DNA from: an uncultured Actinomycetota bacterium
Lineage (GTDB): Bacteria; Actinomycetota; Actinomycetes; CAVWCF01
NCBI GenBank assembly: GCA_963753435.1
Contig: CAVWCF010000001.1
Coordinates: forward strand, 192,001 to 256,000
Direction: 5' to 3'
DNA length: 64,000 bases
A program made the translations under genes and the position numbers. Under the pieces are notes generated by a model. The model was given only the letters and a program-made list of their open reading frames with translations. It had not been told where the DNA came from and ran no database searches. Positions 1-14,956 of the stretch are shown in pieces (position 1 is the stretch's first letter; each line of letters begins with the position of its first letter).

Positions 1-3703
<3,703 letters not shown>

Positions 3704-3779
3704 ACAAAAACCTGCTATTCGCGTCCACTGTGCGGTTCCCGAGTTACGGTCGGGAACCCCCAACCGAGAACTCAATAGT

Positions 3780-3897
3780 GTTTCGGCGGCCATGGCGGAG
3801 GGGAAACGCCCGGTTCCATTCCGAACCCGGAAGCTAAGCCCTCCAGCGCCGATGGTACTGCGTGGGGGACCGCGTGGGAGAGTAGGACGCCGCCGGA
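3780..3897 (+). rRNA. rrf: 5S rRNA
   Basis: CCCGGTTCCATTCCGAACCCGGAAGCTAAG and GCGCCGATGGTACTG motifs; the two ends pair. Confidence 0.97.
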
Positions 3898-3906
3898 CAT
3901 CATTTC

Positions 3907-3939
3907 CTTCGGGGGTCGGCATTTTGCCGGCCCCCGAAG
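3907..3939 (+). terminator. rRNA operon terminator hairpin
   Basis: CTTCGGGGGTCGGCA-TTT-TGCCGGCCCCCGAAG, a 15-bp GC-rich stem just after 5S. Confidence 0.8.
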
Positions 3940-4010
3940 CGCATTTCAGGGTGTTTAGCATCGCTAGTGGGGCCAATTCCAGTTGGCGATGAGTGAGTTT
4001 GGAGGCCCAG

Positions 4011-5498
4011 GTGGCTGAATCTCGATCCGGTCAACCCGATCGGCGCAAGTCGAGCGGTCGAGGCGGGGCATCGTCCGGTAAGCCGCGTTCTTCCGGTGGA
4101 GCCGGCAAGGGTGGTTCGTCGGCTGGTAAGCCGCGTTCGAGCGGTGGGCCTGCTGCTGGCGGTAGGGGTGGTTCGTCTTCGGGTAAGCCGCGTTCGAGCG
4201 GTGGGCCTGCTGCTGGCGGTGCAGGGGTGGTTCGTCGGCTGGTAAGCCGCGTTCGGCTGGTGGGCCTGCTGCTGCCGGTAGGGGTGGTTCGTCGGCTGGT
4301 AAGCCGCGTTCGGCTGGTGGGTCTGCTGCTGCCGGTAGGGGTGGTTCGTCGGCTGGTAAGCCGCGTTCGGCTGGTGGGTCTGCTGCTGCCGGTAGGGGTG
4401 GTTCGTCGGCTGGTAAGCCGCGTTCGGCTGGTGGGTCTGCTGCTGCCGGTAGGGGTGGTTCGTCGGCTGGTAAGCCGCGTTCGGCTGGTGGGTCTGCTGC
4501 TGCCGGTAGGGGTGGTTCGTCGGCTGGTAAGCCGCGTTCGGCTGGTGGGTCTGCTGCTGCCGGTAGGGGTGGTTCGTCGGCTGGTAAGCCGCGTTCGGCT
4601 GGTGGGTCCCGCTGCTGGCGGTAGGGGTCGGCCGGCCCCGGGTGGCCGCCGACCAGCGCCGGGGCGTAGCAGTTCCGCAGTGGGCCGAGCAACCGACGCC
4701 AAGTCGACCGGTCCGCGTGGTCCACGCCCCGATGATCCGCTGGTGCCGGATGAGATCACTGGCAAGGAACTCGACCCGGAAGTCGCCCGGGACCTCTTGT
4801 CGTTGTCCGGACCCATGGCAACCGCTGTCTCGCGGCACCTGGTTGCTGCCGGTGCCCTGATCGACGTCGACCCTGCTACCGCTTATCGGCACGCAAAAGC
4901 AGCGGCCCGCCGTGCCGGCCGAGTCGCGGTGGTGCGCGAGGCCGCAGGCTTGACGGCCTACCGGGCCGGGGAGTACTCCGACGCGCTGAAGGAGCTCCGC
5001 GCCTATCGGCGGATGACCGGCTCCGGTGAACACCTGCCGGTCATGGCCGACTGCGAACGTGGCCTGGGCCGGCCAGAGCGGGCTTTGGAGATCGCTGCCG
5101 ACTCCGCACTGGATCGGCAGCCGGTGGAGGTTCGTGCGGAGATGCGCATCGTGGCCGCCGGTGCCCGGCACGACCTCGCTCAGCCCGAGGCCGCGTTGGT
5201 GACGCTGCAGGGGCCCGAACTGTCCAAGCAGCGGGCAACCGCCTGGTGGGCCCGCTTGGCTACCGCCTACGCCGATGCGCTGCAGGCACTCGGCCGGGAT
5301 GAAGAGTCAACGCAGTGGCTGCGCCGAGCCGCTGACTCGGACCCGGACGGGTCCAGTGGTGCCGCCGAACGGCTGGGCCTGGCCGACGGTTCGGATGAAG
5401 CGTGGGATGACGATTTGATCTGGCAGGAAGACGCAGATGCCGTGGCCGAACCCGAACGCGGTCCGCGTACTTCTACTCAGCCGGACTCGTCGGACTGA
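4011..5498 (+). CDS. Tetratricopeptide-repeat protein with low-complexity G/S/R/K N-terminal extension
   Basis: GGAGG at 4001 and GTG at 4011. C-terminal half (VARHLVAAG-like, REAAGLTAY, ADCERGLGRPERAL) matches the conserved actinobacterial TPR protein found downstream of rrn and upstream of tlyA. Confidence 0.8.
   Translation: MAESRSGQPDRRKSSGRGGASSGKPRSSGGAGKGGSSAGKPRSSGGPAAGGRGGSSSGKPRSSGGPAAGGAGVVRRLVSRVRLVGLLLPVGVVRRLVSRVRLVGLLLPVGVVRRLVSRVRLVGLLLPVGVVRRLVSRVRLVGLLLPVGVVRRLVSRVRLVGLLLPVGVVRRLVSRVRLVGLLLPVGVVRRLVSRVRLVGPAAGGRGRPAPGGRRPAPGRSSSAVGRATDAKSTGPRGPRPDDPLVPDEITGKELDPEVARDLLSLSGPMATAVSRHLVAAGALIDVDPATAYRHAKAAARRAGRVAVVREAAGLTAYRAGEYSDALKELRAYRRMTGSGEHLPVMADCERGLGRPERALEIAADSALDRQPVEVRAEMRIVAAGARHDLAQPEAALVTLQGPELSKQRATAWWARLATAYADALQALGRDEESTQWLRRAADSDPDGSSGAAERLGLADGSDEAWDDDLIWQEDADAVAEPERGPRTSTQPDSSD
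4077..4628 (+). repeat. 57-bp coding tandem repeat, about 10 units
   Basis: GGTAAGCCGCGTTC recurs at 4077, 4125, 4182, 4241, 4298, 4355, 4412, 4469, 4526 and 4583; the unit encodes GRGGSSAGKPRSAGGSAAA in its native frame. Confidence 0.97.
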
Positions 5499-6436
5499 GC
5501 ATCCAGCCAGCGACCGATGCCTACGACGTTGGTTCGGTCGGCGTTCAGGTGCTGGAACTTCTCCCACACGTCCGGATCGGCCCGCATCCGTGGTGCCCGT
5601 CGGGCGACCTTGGCGCGCACCATTTCCACCGCGTGATCCAGGTCCAGGTTTGCTGCGCGGCTGTCGCGGACGGCGTCCACCCACGCCCGAATCTCCTCCT
5701 CGGCCTGCTGCAGCGTGCCCGCCGGTTCGGTGACAGGTCCGAAGTGACTGAATAGGAGTCGTTGCGGCTTGCGCGCGCGGAACGACCGCAGGCTTGCGAC
5801 GGCTTGGTCCAGGTCGAACTCAGGTGGCGGGGTCCCGGGTAGCAACTCACCGGTCTCCGGTACGTGGATGCCGGCGGCATCGCCGACGTAGAGATCCCCG
5901 GTGGCCGAGTCGATCAGCCCAAGGTGGTGCGAAGCGTGCCCGGGGGAGTGGAACGCCTGCAGTCGGCGCCCGGCGCCAAGGTCGATCTCCCCGGTGTCGC
6001 CGATCGTCATGATGCGGTCCGCGTCCGTCGCAGCCAGGGGACCGAACACGTCATCCAGTACTGACCCGAAGACCTGGCGGGCACTGTTCATCAACCGTTC
6101 GGGGTCTGCCAAGTGCCGGGCCCCGCGCTCATGTACGACCACTTTGGCTCGCGGAAATGCTGCTGCCAGGTCGCCCACTCCGCCGGCGTGATCGAGATGG
6201 ATGTGCGTAACGACCAGGTACTCCAGGTCATCCGGCCCGACACCGAGTTCGGCCAACGTCGCGACGACTGTGGCGGCGGAAGTCGCTGTGCCCGTCTCCA
6301 CCAGGCAGGGTCGATCAGCCAAGATCGCGTAGGCCGCGGTGATGCCGTCGTACCCGGACATCCGGGTGTCGATCAGGTGCGTGTCAGAACCGAGCGGTAG
6401 CGCCGGTGCCGGCGGGTGCAGGTCAGCTGGACCCAC
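5477..6436 (-). CDS. MBL-fold metallo-hydrolase
   Basis: THIHLDHAGG (HxHxDH), SPGHASHH, YVGDAAG and FSHFG metal ligands. Confidence 0.9.
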   Translation of the reverse strand: MGPADLHPPAPALPLGSDTHLIDTRMSGYDGITAAYAILADRPCLVETGTATSAATVVATLAELGVGPDDLEYLVVTHIHLDHAGGVGDLAAAFPRAKVVVHERGARHLADPERLMNSARQVFGSVLDDVFGPLAATDADRIMTIGDTGEIDLGAGRRLQAFHSPGHASHHLGLIDSATGDLYVGDAAGIHVPETGELLPGTPPPEFDLDQAVASLRSFRARKPQRLLFSHFGPVTEPAGTLQQAEEEIRAWVDAVRDSRAANLDLDHAVEMVRAKVARRAPRMRADPDVWEKFQHLNADRTNVVGIGRWLDAQSDESG

Positions 6437-6440
6437 GCGG

Positions 6441-6773
6441 TCAGCCCAAGCTGCGCAGTCGCATCAGGTCACCGAAACTGGCGTCCACTTTGAGTTTGCC
6501 GCTCATGAATGCCTTGCCGGCGCCGAGCTCACCGTTGACCAGATCTACCAGGTCGTCGCTGTGCACCGTCAATCGCACCTGTGCCCGTTCGCCAGGTTCG
6601 GTGGTGACGTCCACCAACTCGCCGTCCCGGATCTCGCCGCTGAACGTGACAGCCAAGTCTGGGATCGTGCAACTGATGGTCCGGTCCGGGAACTTCTTGG
6701 CGTGGTGGGAGTTGTCGCCAAGCATCTTGCCTAGCTGCTGAACCGCCGCCGCGCACTCATCAACTGATGCCAC
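6441..6773 (-). CDS. SCP2 sterol/lipid-binding domain protein
   Basis: C-terminal AFMSGKLKVDASFGDLMRL is typical of SCP2; GGAGG RBS; conserved position near tlyA. Confidence 0.8.
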   Translation of the reverse strand: MASVDECAAAVQQLGKMLGDNSHHAKKFPDRTISCTIPDLAVTFSGEIRDGELVDVTTEPGERAQVRLTVHSDDLVDLVNGELGAGKAFMSGKLKVDASFGDLMRLRSLG

Positions 6774-6861
6774 CCGCCACCTCCCCGGCGGAATTTAGCG
6801 CACCGGAACCGGGAACTCGCGGCGGCTGGACTAACGTGGGCGCGTCCCGAGGAGGCTTCAC

Positions 6862-7320
6862 ATGGCGCTCGACGCGTTGCGCAATTACGTCCAGTTGGCC
6901 AGCGGTCTGACTGATCTCACCTTGCAGCGGGCCAAGCAGGCGGCTCAGGCGGTCACCGACCAGGCAGAGCCCCTCAAGGCGCTGTCGCCGGATCTGGCCA
7001 AGAAGTTGAGCAGCGATCTGGCGACCGAACTGTTCGCGACGTCGAAGAACAACAGAGACCTGCTGATCGCCGTGATTCGGTCGGAGATGGAGCGGATGCT
7101 CGACCGACTCGGTGTCGCCACGCAAGACGACCTGGAAGCGGTCGATTCGCGGCTACGGCGCCTGGATGCCCGGATTGACGAACTCCAGTCCGCTGCGGCC
7201 AGCAAGCCGGCGAAGAAGGCACCGGCGAAGAAGGCACCGGCCAAGAAGGCCACAAGCAAGCGCGCTCCCGCAAAGAAGGCAGCGGCGCCGAGCGCACCCA
7301 AGCCCCAGGCGAGCGAGTGA
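6862..7320 (+). CDS. Phasin-like coiled-coil protein with PAKKA histone-like tail
   Basis: GGAGG RBS; helical N-terminus, LGVATQDDL motif, (PAKKA)n repeats at 7207-7280. Confidence 0.7.
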   Translation: MALDALRNYVQLASGLTDLTLQRAKQAAQAVTDQAEPLKALSPDLAKKLSSDLATELFATSKNNRDLLIAVIRSEMERMLDRLGVATQDDLEAVDSRLRRLDARIDELQSAAASKPAKKAPAKKAPAKKATSKRAPAKKAAAPSAPKPQASE

Positions 7321-7616
7321 ACGAGTCCGATCGGCCAGTCGAACTGGCCACGCAGCAACACCTGCCCGGGTCCCCGGTGGCGTCTACCGGCGACGCGCAG
7401 GTGGATGCAGCGTTGACTGCCCTGCAGGGCCTGGAGGAGTTGCCGGCGGCCGAGCAGGCGGATGTCATTGAGGCGGTCCACGATCGCCTGCGCAGCACAC
7501 TGACCGGCCTGGACAACACAGATCAGCCGAGCACCGCGCCCGAATCCGGTGACGCCGGCGACTCTGCCAACCCGGCCGACTCTGCCAACCCGGCCAGCTC
7601 TCAAGCCGCCAACTGA
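7317..7616 (+). CDS. Conserved hypothetical protein upstream of tlyA
   Basis: GTGA overlap with the upstream gene; TGDAQVDAAL...EAVHDRLR motif typical of this small actinobacterial gene; 18-bp duplication encoding DSANPA twice. Confidence 0.6.
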   Translation: MNESDRPVELATQQHLPGSPVASTGDAQVDAALTALQGLEELPAAEQADVIEAVHDRLRSTLTGLDNTDQPSTAPESGDAGDSANPADSANPASSQAAN

Positions 7617-7620
7617 GGTC

Positions 7621-8454
7621 GTGGCCCGCCGTCGGTTGGACGCCGAACTGGTGCGGCGCGGATTGGCTCGGTCCCGCGAGCGTGCCAGTGCCATGATTGC
7701 CGCCGGCCAAGTCCGCGTTGACGGTGTGACCGCGACCAAGGCGGCGACTCAGGTCGACGCAGCGGCCGCAGTCGAAATCCGTGACTCCGGCGGTCCGGAG
7801 TACGCCTCCCGTGGTGGTCACAAGCTGGCCGGTGCGCTGGACGTGTTCGGCCAATCGGCCGCAGAGGCATCTGGGTCAGAGGCGCCACGGGCACCCTTGT
7901 CCGTGGCCGGCCGCCGGTGTCTGGATGCCGGCGCTTCCACCGGCGGATTCACCGACGTTCTGCTGCGTCGGGGTGCGTCGGGGGTGATCGCTGTCGACGT
8001 CGGCTACGGCCAATTGGCCTGGCCGTTGCGGACCGATCCACGGGTCGAGGTGCGGGACCGCACCAACGTCCGAAACCTTGGACCGGCCGACGTCCAGCCC
8101 CCGGTCGATGTCATCGTCGCCGATCTGTCCTTCATCTCGCTCACGACCGTGTTGCCGGCTCTGGACTCCGTCGCTGCGCCGGACGCCGATCTGGTGCTCA
8201 TGGTCAAACCGCAATTCGAGGTCGGGCGCAGCAATGTCAGCGGCGGGGTCGTGCGTCACTCCGAACTGCGGGCCCAAGCCGTGCGTAGGATCGCTGACGC
8301 AGCATGGGACCTCGGGTGGGGGACCGTTGGCGTAGTAGCCAGCCCACTGCCCGGACCTTCGGGGAACGTGGAGTATTTCGTGTGGTTGCGCCGTGACGCC
8401 GACCCGCTATCCGCGGCCGACTTGGACCGAGCTATCGCCGAGGGACCCCAATGA
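7621..8454 (+). CDS. tlyA: TlyA 16S/23S rRNA 2'-O-methyltransferase
   Basis: RRRLDAELVRRGLARSR S4 domain, YASRGGHKL, LDAGASTGGFTDVLL, DLSFISL, VKPQFE, GNVEYF. Confidence 0.97.
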   Translation: MARRRLDAELVRRGLARSRERASAMIAAGQVRVDGVTATKAATQVDAAAAVEIRDSGGPEYASRGGHKLAGALDVFGQSAAEASGSEAPRAPLSVAGRRCLDAGASTGGFTDVLLRRGASGVIAVDVGYGQLAWPLRTDPRVEVRDRTNVRNLGPADVQPPVDVIVADLSFISLTTVLPALDSVAAPDADLVLMVKPQFEVGRSNVSGGVVRHSELRAQAVRRIADAAWDLGWGTVGVVASPLPGPSGNVEYFVWLRRDADPLSAADLDRAIAEGPQ

Positions 8455-9344
8455 GTCGCTCCGTGCTGCTGGTGACGCACACCGGCCGCCCAGACGCCCT
8501 AAGAGTTGCAATTGAGTTGGTCGTCGGCTTGGCGGCCGCCGGTATCACGGTGCGGGTACCGGCTGCGGAGGCCGAGGCCTTCCACACTGGTTCGGTCGAG
8601 GCAGCCCGAGGAGCGACCCCGGCAGCCGGCTGCGAATTGGTTGTCGTGGTCGGTGGCGACGGCACCCTGCTGCGCGCCGCCGAGTTGGCGCGCGGCAGTT
8701 CCGTCGCCGTGCTCGGCATCAACCTGGGACACGTCGGCTTCCTCGCCGAGGCCGAGGCCGACGACTTGGGGATCGTCATCAACCGGGTGGTCGACCGTGA
8801 CTACGCAGTCGAGGAGCGGACCGCCGTCGACGTGACGGTTTGGCGCGGCGACACCCGGGTCGTGTCCGACTGGGCGCTCAACGAGGCCTCGGTGGAAAAG
8901 GCCGAGCGGGAACGAATGATCGAGGTTGTGGTCGGCGTCGACGCCAGTCCGCTGTCCCGCTGGGGGTGTGACGGGGTCGTGTGCGCCACCCCGACCGGGT
9001 CGACTGCCTACGCGTGGTCGGCCGGCGGCCCGGTCGTGTGGCCGGACGTGGCTGCACTGCTGTTGGTGCCGCTTTCGGCGCACGCCCTGTTCGCACGGCC
9101 GATGGTGGTTGCCCCCGAATCGGTGATCGGCGTCGACCTGGTCGGTGCCGCGGCGGGGGTCCTGTGGTGCGACGGCCGCCGGACCCACCCCCTTGCTCCC
9201 GGTGACCGCATCGAGGTGCGGGTGAGCCCGCAACCGGTTCGACTTGCGCGACTGCACTCCGCCCCATTCACGGATCGCCTGGTGGCCAAGTTCGACCTGC
9301 CGGTCGAAGGTTGGCGTGCCGGGCGTCGCGACCCCGGTCGGTGA
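8451..9344 (+). CDS. nadK: NAD kinase
   Basis: GGDGTLL, LNE and ATPTGSTAYAWSAGGP motifs; tlyA-nadK-recN synteny. Confidence 0.97.
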   Translation: MSRSVLLVTHTGRPDALRVAIELVVGLAAAGITVRVPAAEAEAFHTGSVEAARGATPAAGCELVVVVGGDGTLLRAAELARGSSVAVLGINLGHVGFLAEAEADDLGIVINRVVDRDYAVEERTAVDVTVWRGDTRVVSDWALNEASVEKAERERMIEVVVGVDASPLSRWGCDGVVCATPTGSTAYAWSAGGPVVWPDVAALLLVPLSAHALFARPMVVAPESVIGVDLVGAAAGVLWCDGRRTHPLAPGDRIEVRVSPQPVRLARLHSAPFTDRLVAKFDLPVEGWRAGRRDPGR

Positions 9345-9350
9345 CCCGGA

Positions 9351-11081
9351 GTGCTTGAGTACCTGCGCATCCGCGATCTAGGGGTGATCGCGGACGCCAG
9401 CATGGATTTGGGCCCGGGGTTGACCGTGGTGACCGGTGAAACCGGTGCCGGCAAGACGATGCTGCTGTCCGCGCTCGGTCTGCTCCTCGGCGAGCGAGCC
9501 GATTCCGCCTTGGTGCGCACTGGCGCCGATCGCGCGATCGTCGAGGGCCGGTTCGCGGACCTGACGCCAGCCGCGCGCGCAGCAGCCGAGGAGGCCGGCG
9601 CGGAACTGGACGAAGACGGTTCGCTGATAATCACCCGCAGCGTCGGCCGCGACGGTCGATCGCGGGCCACCGTCGGTGGAACCGCCGTCCCGGTCGCGGT
9701 GCTCTCCCGGTTGGCCGCGGAGTTGGTGCGAGTTCACGGCCAGAACGACCGTGGCCTCACCGACCCGGCCCGCCAGCGCGATGCGTTGGACCGATTCTCC
9801 ACCGCCGCGGAGTCGCTGCGCGCCGACTACGCCGCCGTATACGGCCAGCTTCGCGCCGCCGAAACGGCCCTGGCTAAATGGACGGAATCCGAACAGACGC
9901 GAGTGGAGGACCTACGCCGTTACCGGGATGGGCTGGCCCAGATCGATGCGCTGGACCCGCAGCCGAACGAGGACGAGCAGTTGGCCATTGAGGTGGCCCG
10001 GCTGGGACATGCTGACCTCCTGCGAACCGCAGCGGCCGCTGCTCGGTCGGCCTTGTCCGGGGACGTCGAGTCCGAACTGACTTCGGCCCTGGATCTGCTG
10101 GCCACCGCCGAACGCGAACTCGCGCCGGGGGCCGAACTTGATCCGGAGCTGGGCAAGTTCGCTGAAAGTCTGCACTCCACGACCGTCGTGCTGGCAGATC
10201 TGGCTGCCGACCTGGCCCGATACGCCGACTCCGTCGAAGCCGATCCGGCCCGCCTGGCGCATGCCCAGGAGCGCCAGGCCGGATTCACCGCTCTGCTGCG
10301 CTCCTTCGGGCCCCAACTCAGCGACGTACTCGCCTGGCGGGACGAGGCGCGACGTCGGATCGACGAACTGGACCACAGCGGCCAGGCCGTGGACCACCTG
10401 CGCACCGAAGCGCAGCAGGCCCGGCAGCGGTTGCAGGCCCTGGCTGTTGAGCTTTCCGGCCTGCGGGCCGAGGCGTCGCACAGGTTCGCGGAGGCCGTGG
10501 CACTGGAATTGCAGGCACTGGCGATGGGGCAGGCCCGGTTACAGGTAGACGTCAAACAAACCGAGACGGCGGACGGCCTGGAGGTTGCAGATCGCATCGT
10601 CCGGTTCGGGCCGACCGGGGTCGACGACGTCACCATCCTGCTTTCGGCGCATCGTGGTGCGCCGTTGCGGCCCGTCGCCAAGTCCGCCAGTGGTGGCGAA
10701 TTGAGTCGCATCATGTTGGCGCTGGAGGTGGTCTTCGCCGGCAGTGACCCCGTGGGCACTTTCGTCTTCGACGAGGTGGACGCCGGTGTCGGCGGGACAG
10801 CGGCCGTGGAGGTCGGTCGACGCTTGGCCCGGCTTGCGGCTTCCGGTCAGGTCCTGGTGGTCACCCACCTGCCTCAGGTTGCCGCGTTCGCCGACGAACA
10901 CCTGACCGTGGCCAAGGATGCGACCGGCGCGGTTGGTCGGACCGACGTCCGCGGGGTCAGCGGCGCCGAGCGGGCCACTGAGTTGAGCCGCATGCTGGCG
11001 GGGCTGCCCGACTCCGAAGCCGGTCGGGCCCACGCTGAGGAGCTGATTCTGCTAGCCGACTCCGAAAGGGCAGTCCGCTAG
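9351..11081 (+). CDS. recN: DNA repair protein RecN
   Basis: Walker A TGETGAGKT, HGQ, ASGGELSR signature, FDEVDAGVGG, VTHLPQVAA. Confidence 0.97.
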   Translation: MLEYLRIRDLGVIADASMDLGPGLTVVTGETGAGKTMLLSALGLLLGERADSALVRTGADRAIVEGRFADLTPAARAAAEEAGAELDEDGSLIITRSVGRDGRSRATVGGTAVPVAVLSRLAAELVRVHGQNDRGLTDPARQRDALDRFSTAAESLRADYAAVYGQLRAAETALAKWTESEQTRVEDLRRYRDGLAQIDALDPQPNEDEQLAIEVARLGHADLLRTAAAAARSALSGDVESELTSALDLLATAERELAPGAELDPELGKFAESLHSTTVVLADLAADLARYADSVEADPARLAHAQERQAGFTALLRSFGPQLSDVLAWRDEARRRIDELDHSGQAVDHLRTEAQQARQRLQALAVELSGLRAEASHRFAEAVALELQALAMGQARLQVDVKQTETADGLEVADRIVRFGPTGVDDVTILLSAHRGAPLRPVAKSASGGELSRIMLALEVVFAGSDPVGTFVFDEVDAGVGGTAAVEVGRRLARLAASGQVLVVTHLPQVAAFADEHLTVAKDATGAVGRTDVRGVSGAERATELSRMLAGLPDSEAGRAHAEELILLADSERAVR

Positions 11082-11136
11082 CACCCGCGGCGTGCCGTTA
11101 CCCAGGGTTACCGTCGGCAGCGGTCACCATGAAGCG

Positions 11137-12291
11137 GTGAGAAGAAAGAGCGCTTCCCCAGAGTCCAGCACTGCCATCGCGGGCCGCGCCCGCGTCGGGC
11201 GCCGCGCCGAACAGGTCGCCGCGCGCGCCAAGTCCGGCGACATCATCGTGATCGATCATGTGGATCTGGATCGCGCCGGAGCCCAGGCACTGTTGGCAGC
11301 TCGCCCAGCCGCGGTCGTCAACGCCTCCGCAACGGTGTCTGGCCGCTTCCCGGCGGTGGGGGCGGAGACCCTCGCCGCCGCCGACGTGCCGCTGCTTGAT
11401 GCGGTCGGCGGGTCGGTGCTCACCATGTTGGCCGACGGCGACCGCATCCGCATCGACGGCGTGCGGCTTCTTCGCGGTGAGGACGAGCTGGCTCGTGGTC
11501 GCCGACAGGACCCGGAGTCAGTCGCGGAAGACCTGGAGCATGCCCGGGCGGGTCTGGTGCGCCAGGTCAGCGCCTTTGCCGATGCCACCGCTGAGTACCT
11601 GGGTCGCGAGCAGGACCTCTTGGCTGAGCGCACCGGGGTGCCGGAGACGGGCATCGACTTCACCGATCGAGATGTGCTCGTTGTCGGCCGCGGGCCGAAG
11701 GTCGCCGAGCAGTTGAAGGAGCTGAAGTCCTTCATTCGGGACCGCCGTCCGCTGGTCATTGGGCTGCCGGGCGGGGCGGACGTTCTTCAGGGCAAGCGCA
11801 TGCCCGTTCCGGATCTGCTGGTTGGCGATCCGCTGGCCCTGCCGGAACAGGCCATGCGGCGCACCCCGACGATCGTCGTGCCCGGGGGTCCGACGCTGGA
11901 TGCGGAGATCCAGGCCGAACACCTCGGCCTGCGACTGATCGCGTTCCCGGGCGCGGTCGGCACGGAGGACGCGGCGCTGCTGTTGGCGGACACCGGTGGC
12001 GCGCGCAGCATCGTCTTGGTGGGGGAGCCCATCTCGTTGTCGGAGTTCCTGGACCGTGGTCGTTCCGGCATGGCCGGGTCGTTCCTCACCCGGTTGGTCG
12101 CCGGTGCCCGGGTGGTGGAGGGGCCGGTTGCTGCCGAACTGCATCGTCGGGCGGTGCCAGCCGGGATGCTGGTGTTCCTGGCCGCCGCTGGTCTGCTGGC
12201 CGTGGCTGCGGCCGTCGGCATCACCCCCGTTGGGCAGGAGTGGCTGGACGCCGTGGGGTTGGAGTGGCTGACGCCAGGCAGCGGTTCCTGA
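11137..12291 (+). CDS. steA: SteA cytokinesis protein (thiamine pyrophosphokinase-like)
   Basis: GDIIVIDHVDLDR, VVNASATVSGRFP, EFLDRGRSGMAGSFLTRL and a C-terminal TM helix; follows recN. Start placed at a leaderless GTG 6 nt after CACCAT. Confidence 0.8.
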   Translation: MRRKSASPESSTAIAGRARVGRRAEQVAARAKSGDIIVIDHVDLDRAGAQALLAARPAAVVNASATVSGRFPAVGAETLAAADVPLLDAVGGSVLTMLADGDRIRIDGVRLLRGEDELARGRRQDPESVAEDLEHARAGLVRQVSAFADATAEYLGREQDLLAERTGVPETGIDFTDRDVLVVGRGPKVAEQLKELKSFIRDRRPLVIGLPGGADVLQGKRMPVPDLLVGDPLALPEQAMRRTPTIVVPGGPTLDAEIQAEHLGLRLIAFPGAVGTEDAALLLADTGGARSIVLVGEPISLSEFLDRGRSGMAGSFLTRLVAGARVVEGPVAAELHRRAVPAGMLVFLAAAGLLAVAAAVGITPVGQEWLDAVGLEWLTPGSGS

Positions 12292-13196
12292 TGATCGGCA
12301 TGCGCTATCACGTCGTCTCCTTGGCGGCAGCGCTGTTCGCGCTGGCCGTCGGCGTTGCCCTCGGTTCCGGACCGTTGGACAACACCGTCAATGCCGCGTT
12401 CGGCGTGGAGCAGCTGCGGGAGGAGAAAGATCAACTGGCCGCGGACGTGTCCCAACAACAAGCAGTGGCGACGTTCGCCGACGCGTACGCGGACACGACC
12501 GAACCACTGGTGCTACCCGGTCAGTTGACCGAGGCGGCCGTCGTGATCGTCACCGCGGCCGACGCGCCACCGGCGATGGTGGATGCGGCTCGGGAGGCCT
12601 TGGGCCTGGCTGATGCAACCGTGACCGGGGTGCTGACGTTGACCCCGGCCTACACCGACCCCGAGCAGGCCTCCGTGCTGGGCGGTCTCGTTGATCGGCT
12701 GGCAACTGGCGAGCTTCCCGACGGAACCACGTCGGAGCGGGCGGCGGCGGCGCTGGCAACAGCGCTGCTGAGTGACGAGAGCGGTGGAGCGGCGCTGGCG
12801 GAGACCGACGAGGCCTTACTGGCCGGACTGGCCGAGGTCGGCATGGTGAGCCCACTGGCGCCGGTGACCGCACGGGCCGGGGCGGCACTGGTCCTGGTCG
12901 GTCCAACTGGGGACGATGCGACTCGCGACGCCGTCCTGCCGTTGCTGCGCGCATTCGCCGACTCCGGTGCAGGAACCGAACTGGCCGGGCCGGTCGGCTC
13001 GGCCGGCGGCGGCGGCGTGGTCGCAGCCATGCGCACCGACGAGGACCTGCGCCGGGTTGTTGCCAGCACCGACGCTGCCGACACCGCCGCAGGTCGAATC
13101 GTGACCGTGGTGGCCTTGGCGCAGGCGCTTGAAGGCAGCATCGGTCATTACGGAACGGGGCCTGGGACCACCACGGCGGCGCCACCGCTGGAGTGA
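12291..13196 (+). CDS. steB: SteB/MctB (DUF3186, 'copper transporter') family protein
   Basis: MIGMRYHVVSLAAALFALAVGVALG N-terminus, GHYGTG C-terminus; TGATG overlap with steA. Confidence 0.82.
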   Translation: MIGMRYHVVSLAAALFALAVGVALGSGPLDNTVNAAFGVEQLREEKDQLAADVSQQQAVATFADAYADTTEPLVLPGQLTEAAVVIVTAADAPPAMVDAAREALGLADATVTGVLTLTPAYTDPEQASVLGGLVDRLATGELPDGTTSERAAAALATALLSDESGGAALAETDEALLAGLAEVGMVSPLAPVTARAGAALVLVGPTGDDATRDAVLPLLRAFADSGAGTELAGPVGSAGGGGVVAAMRTDEDLRRVVASTDAADTAAGRIVTVVALAQALEGSIGHYGTGPGTTTAAPPLE

Positions 13197-13255
13197 TCCC
13201 CGGCCGGGATCTTCAGCCTGAAATCGCGTGGCGAATCGGACCGGCGCCGGATCGC

Positions 13256-14955
<1,700 letters not shown>

Positions 14956-14956
14956 G

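Noticed and set aside
4077-4628. Possible CRISPR array
   Set aside because: Units are contiguous 57-bp copies with no unique spacers, the length is a multiple of 3 inside a CDS, and there are no cas genes.
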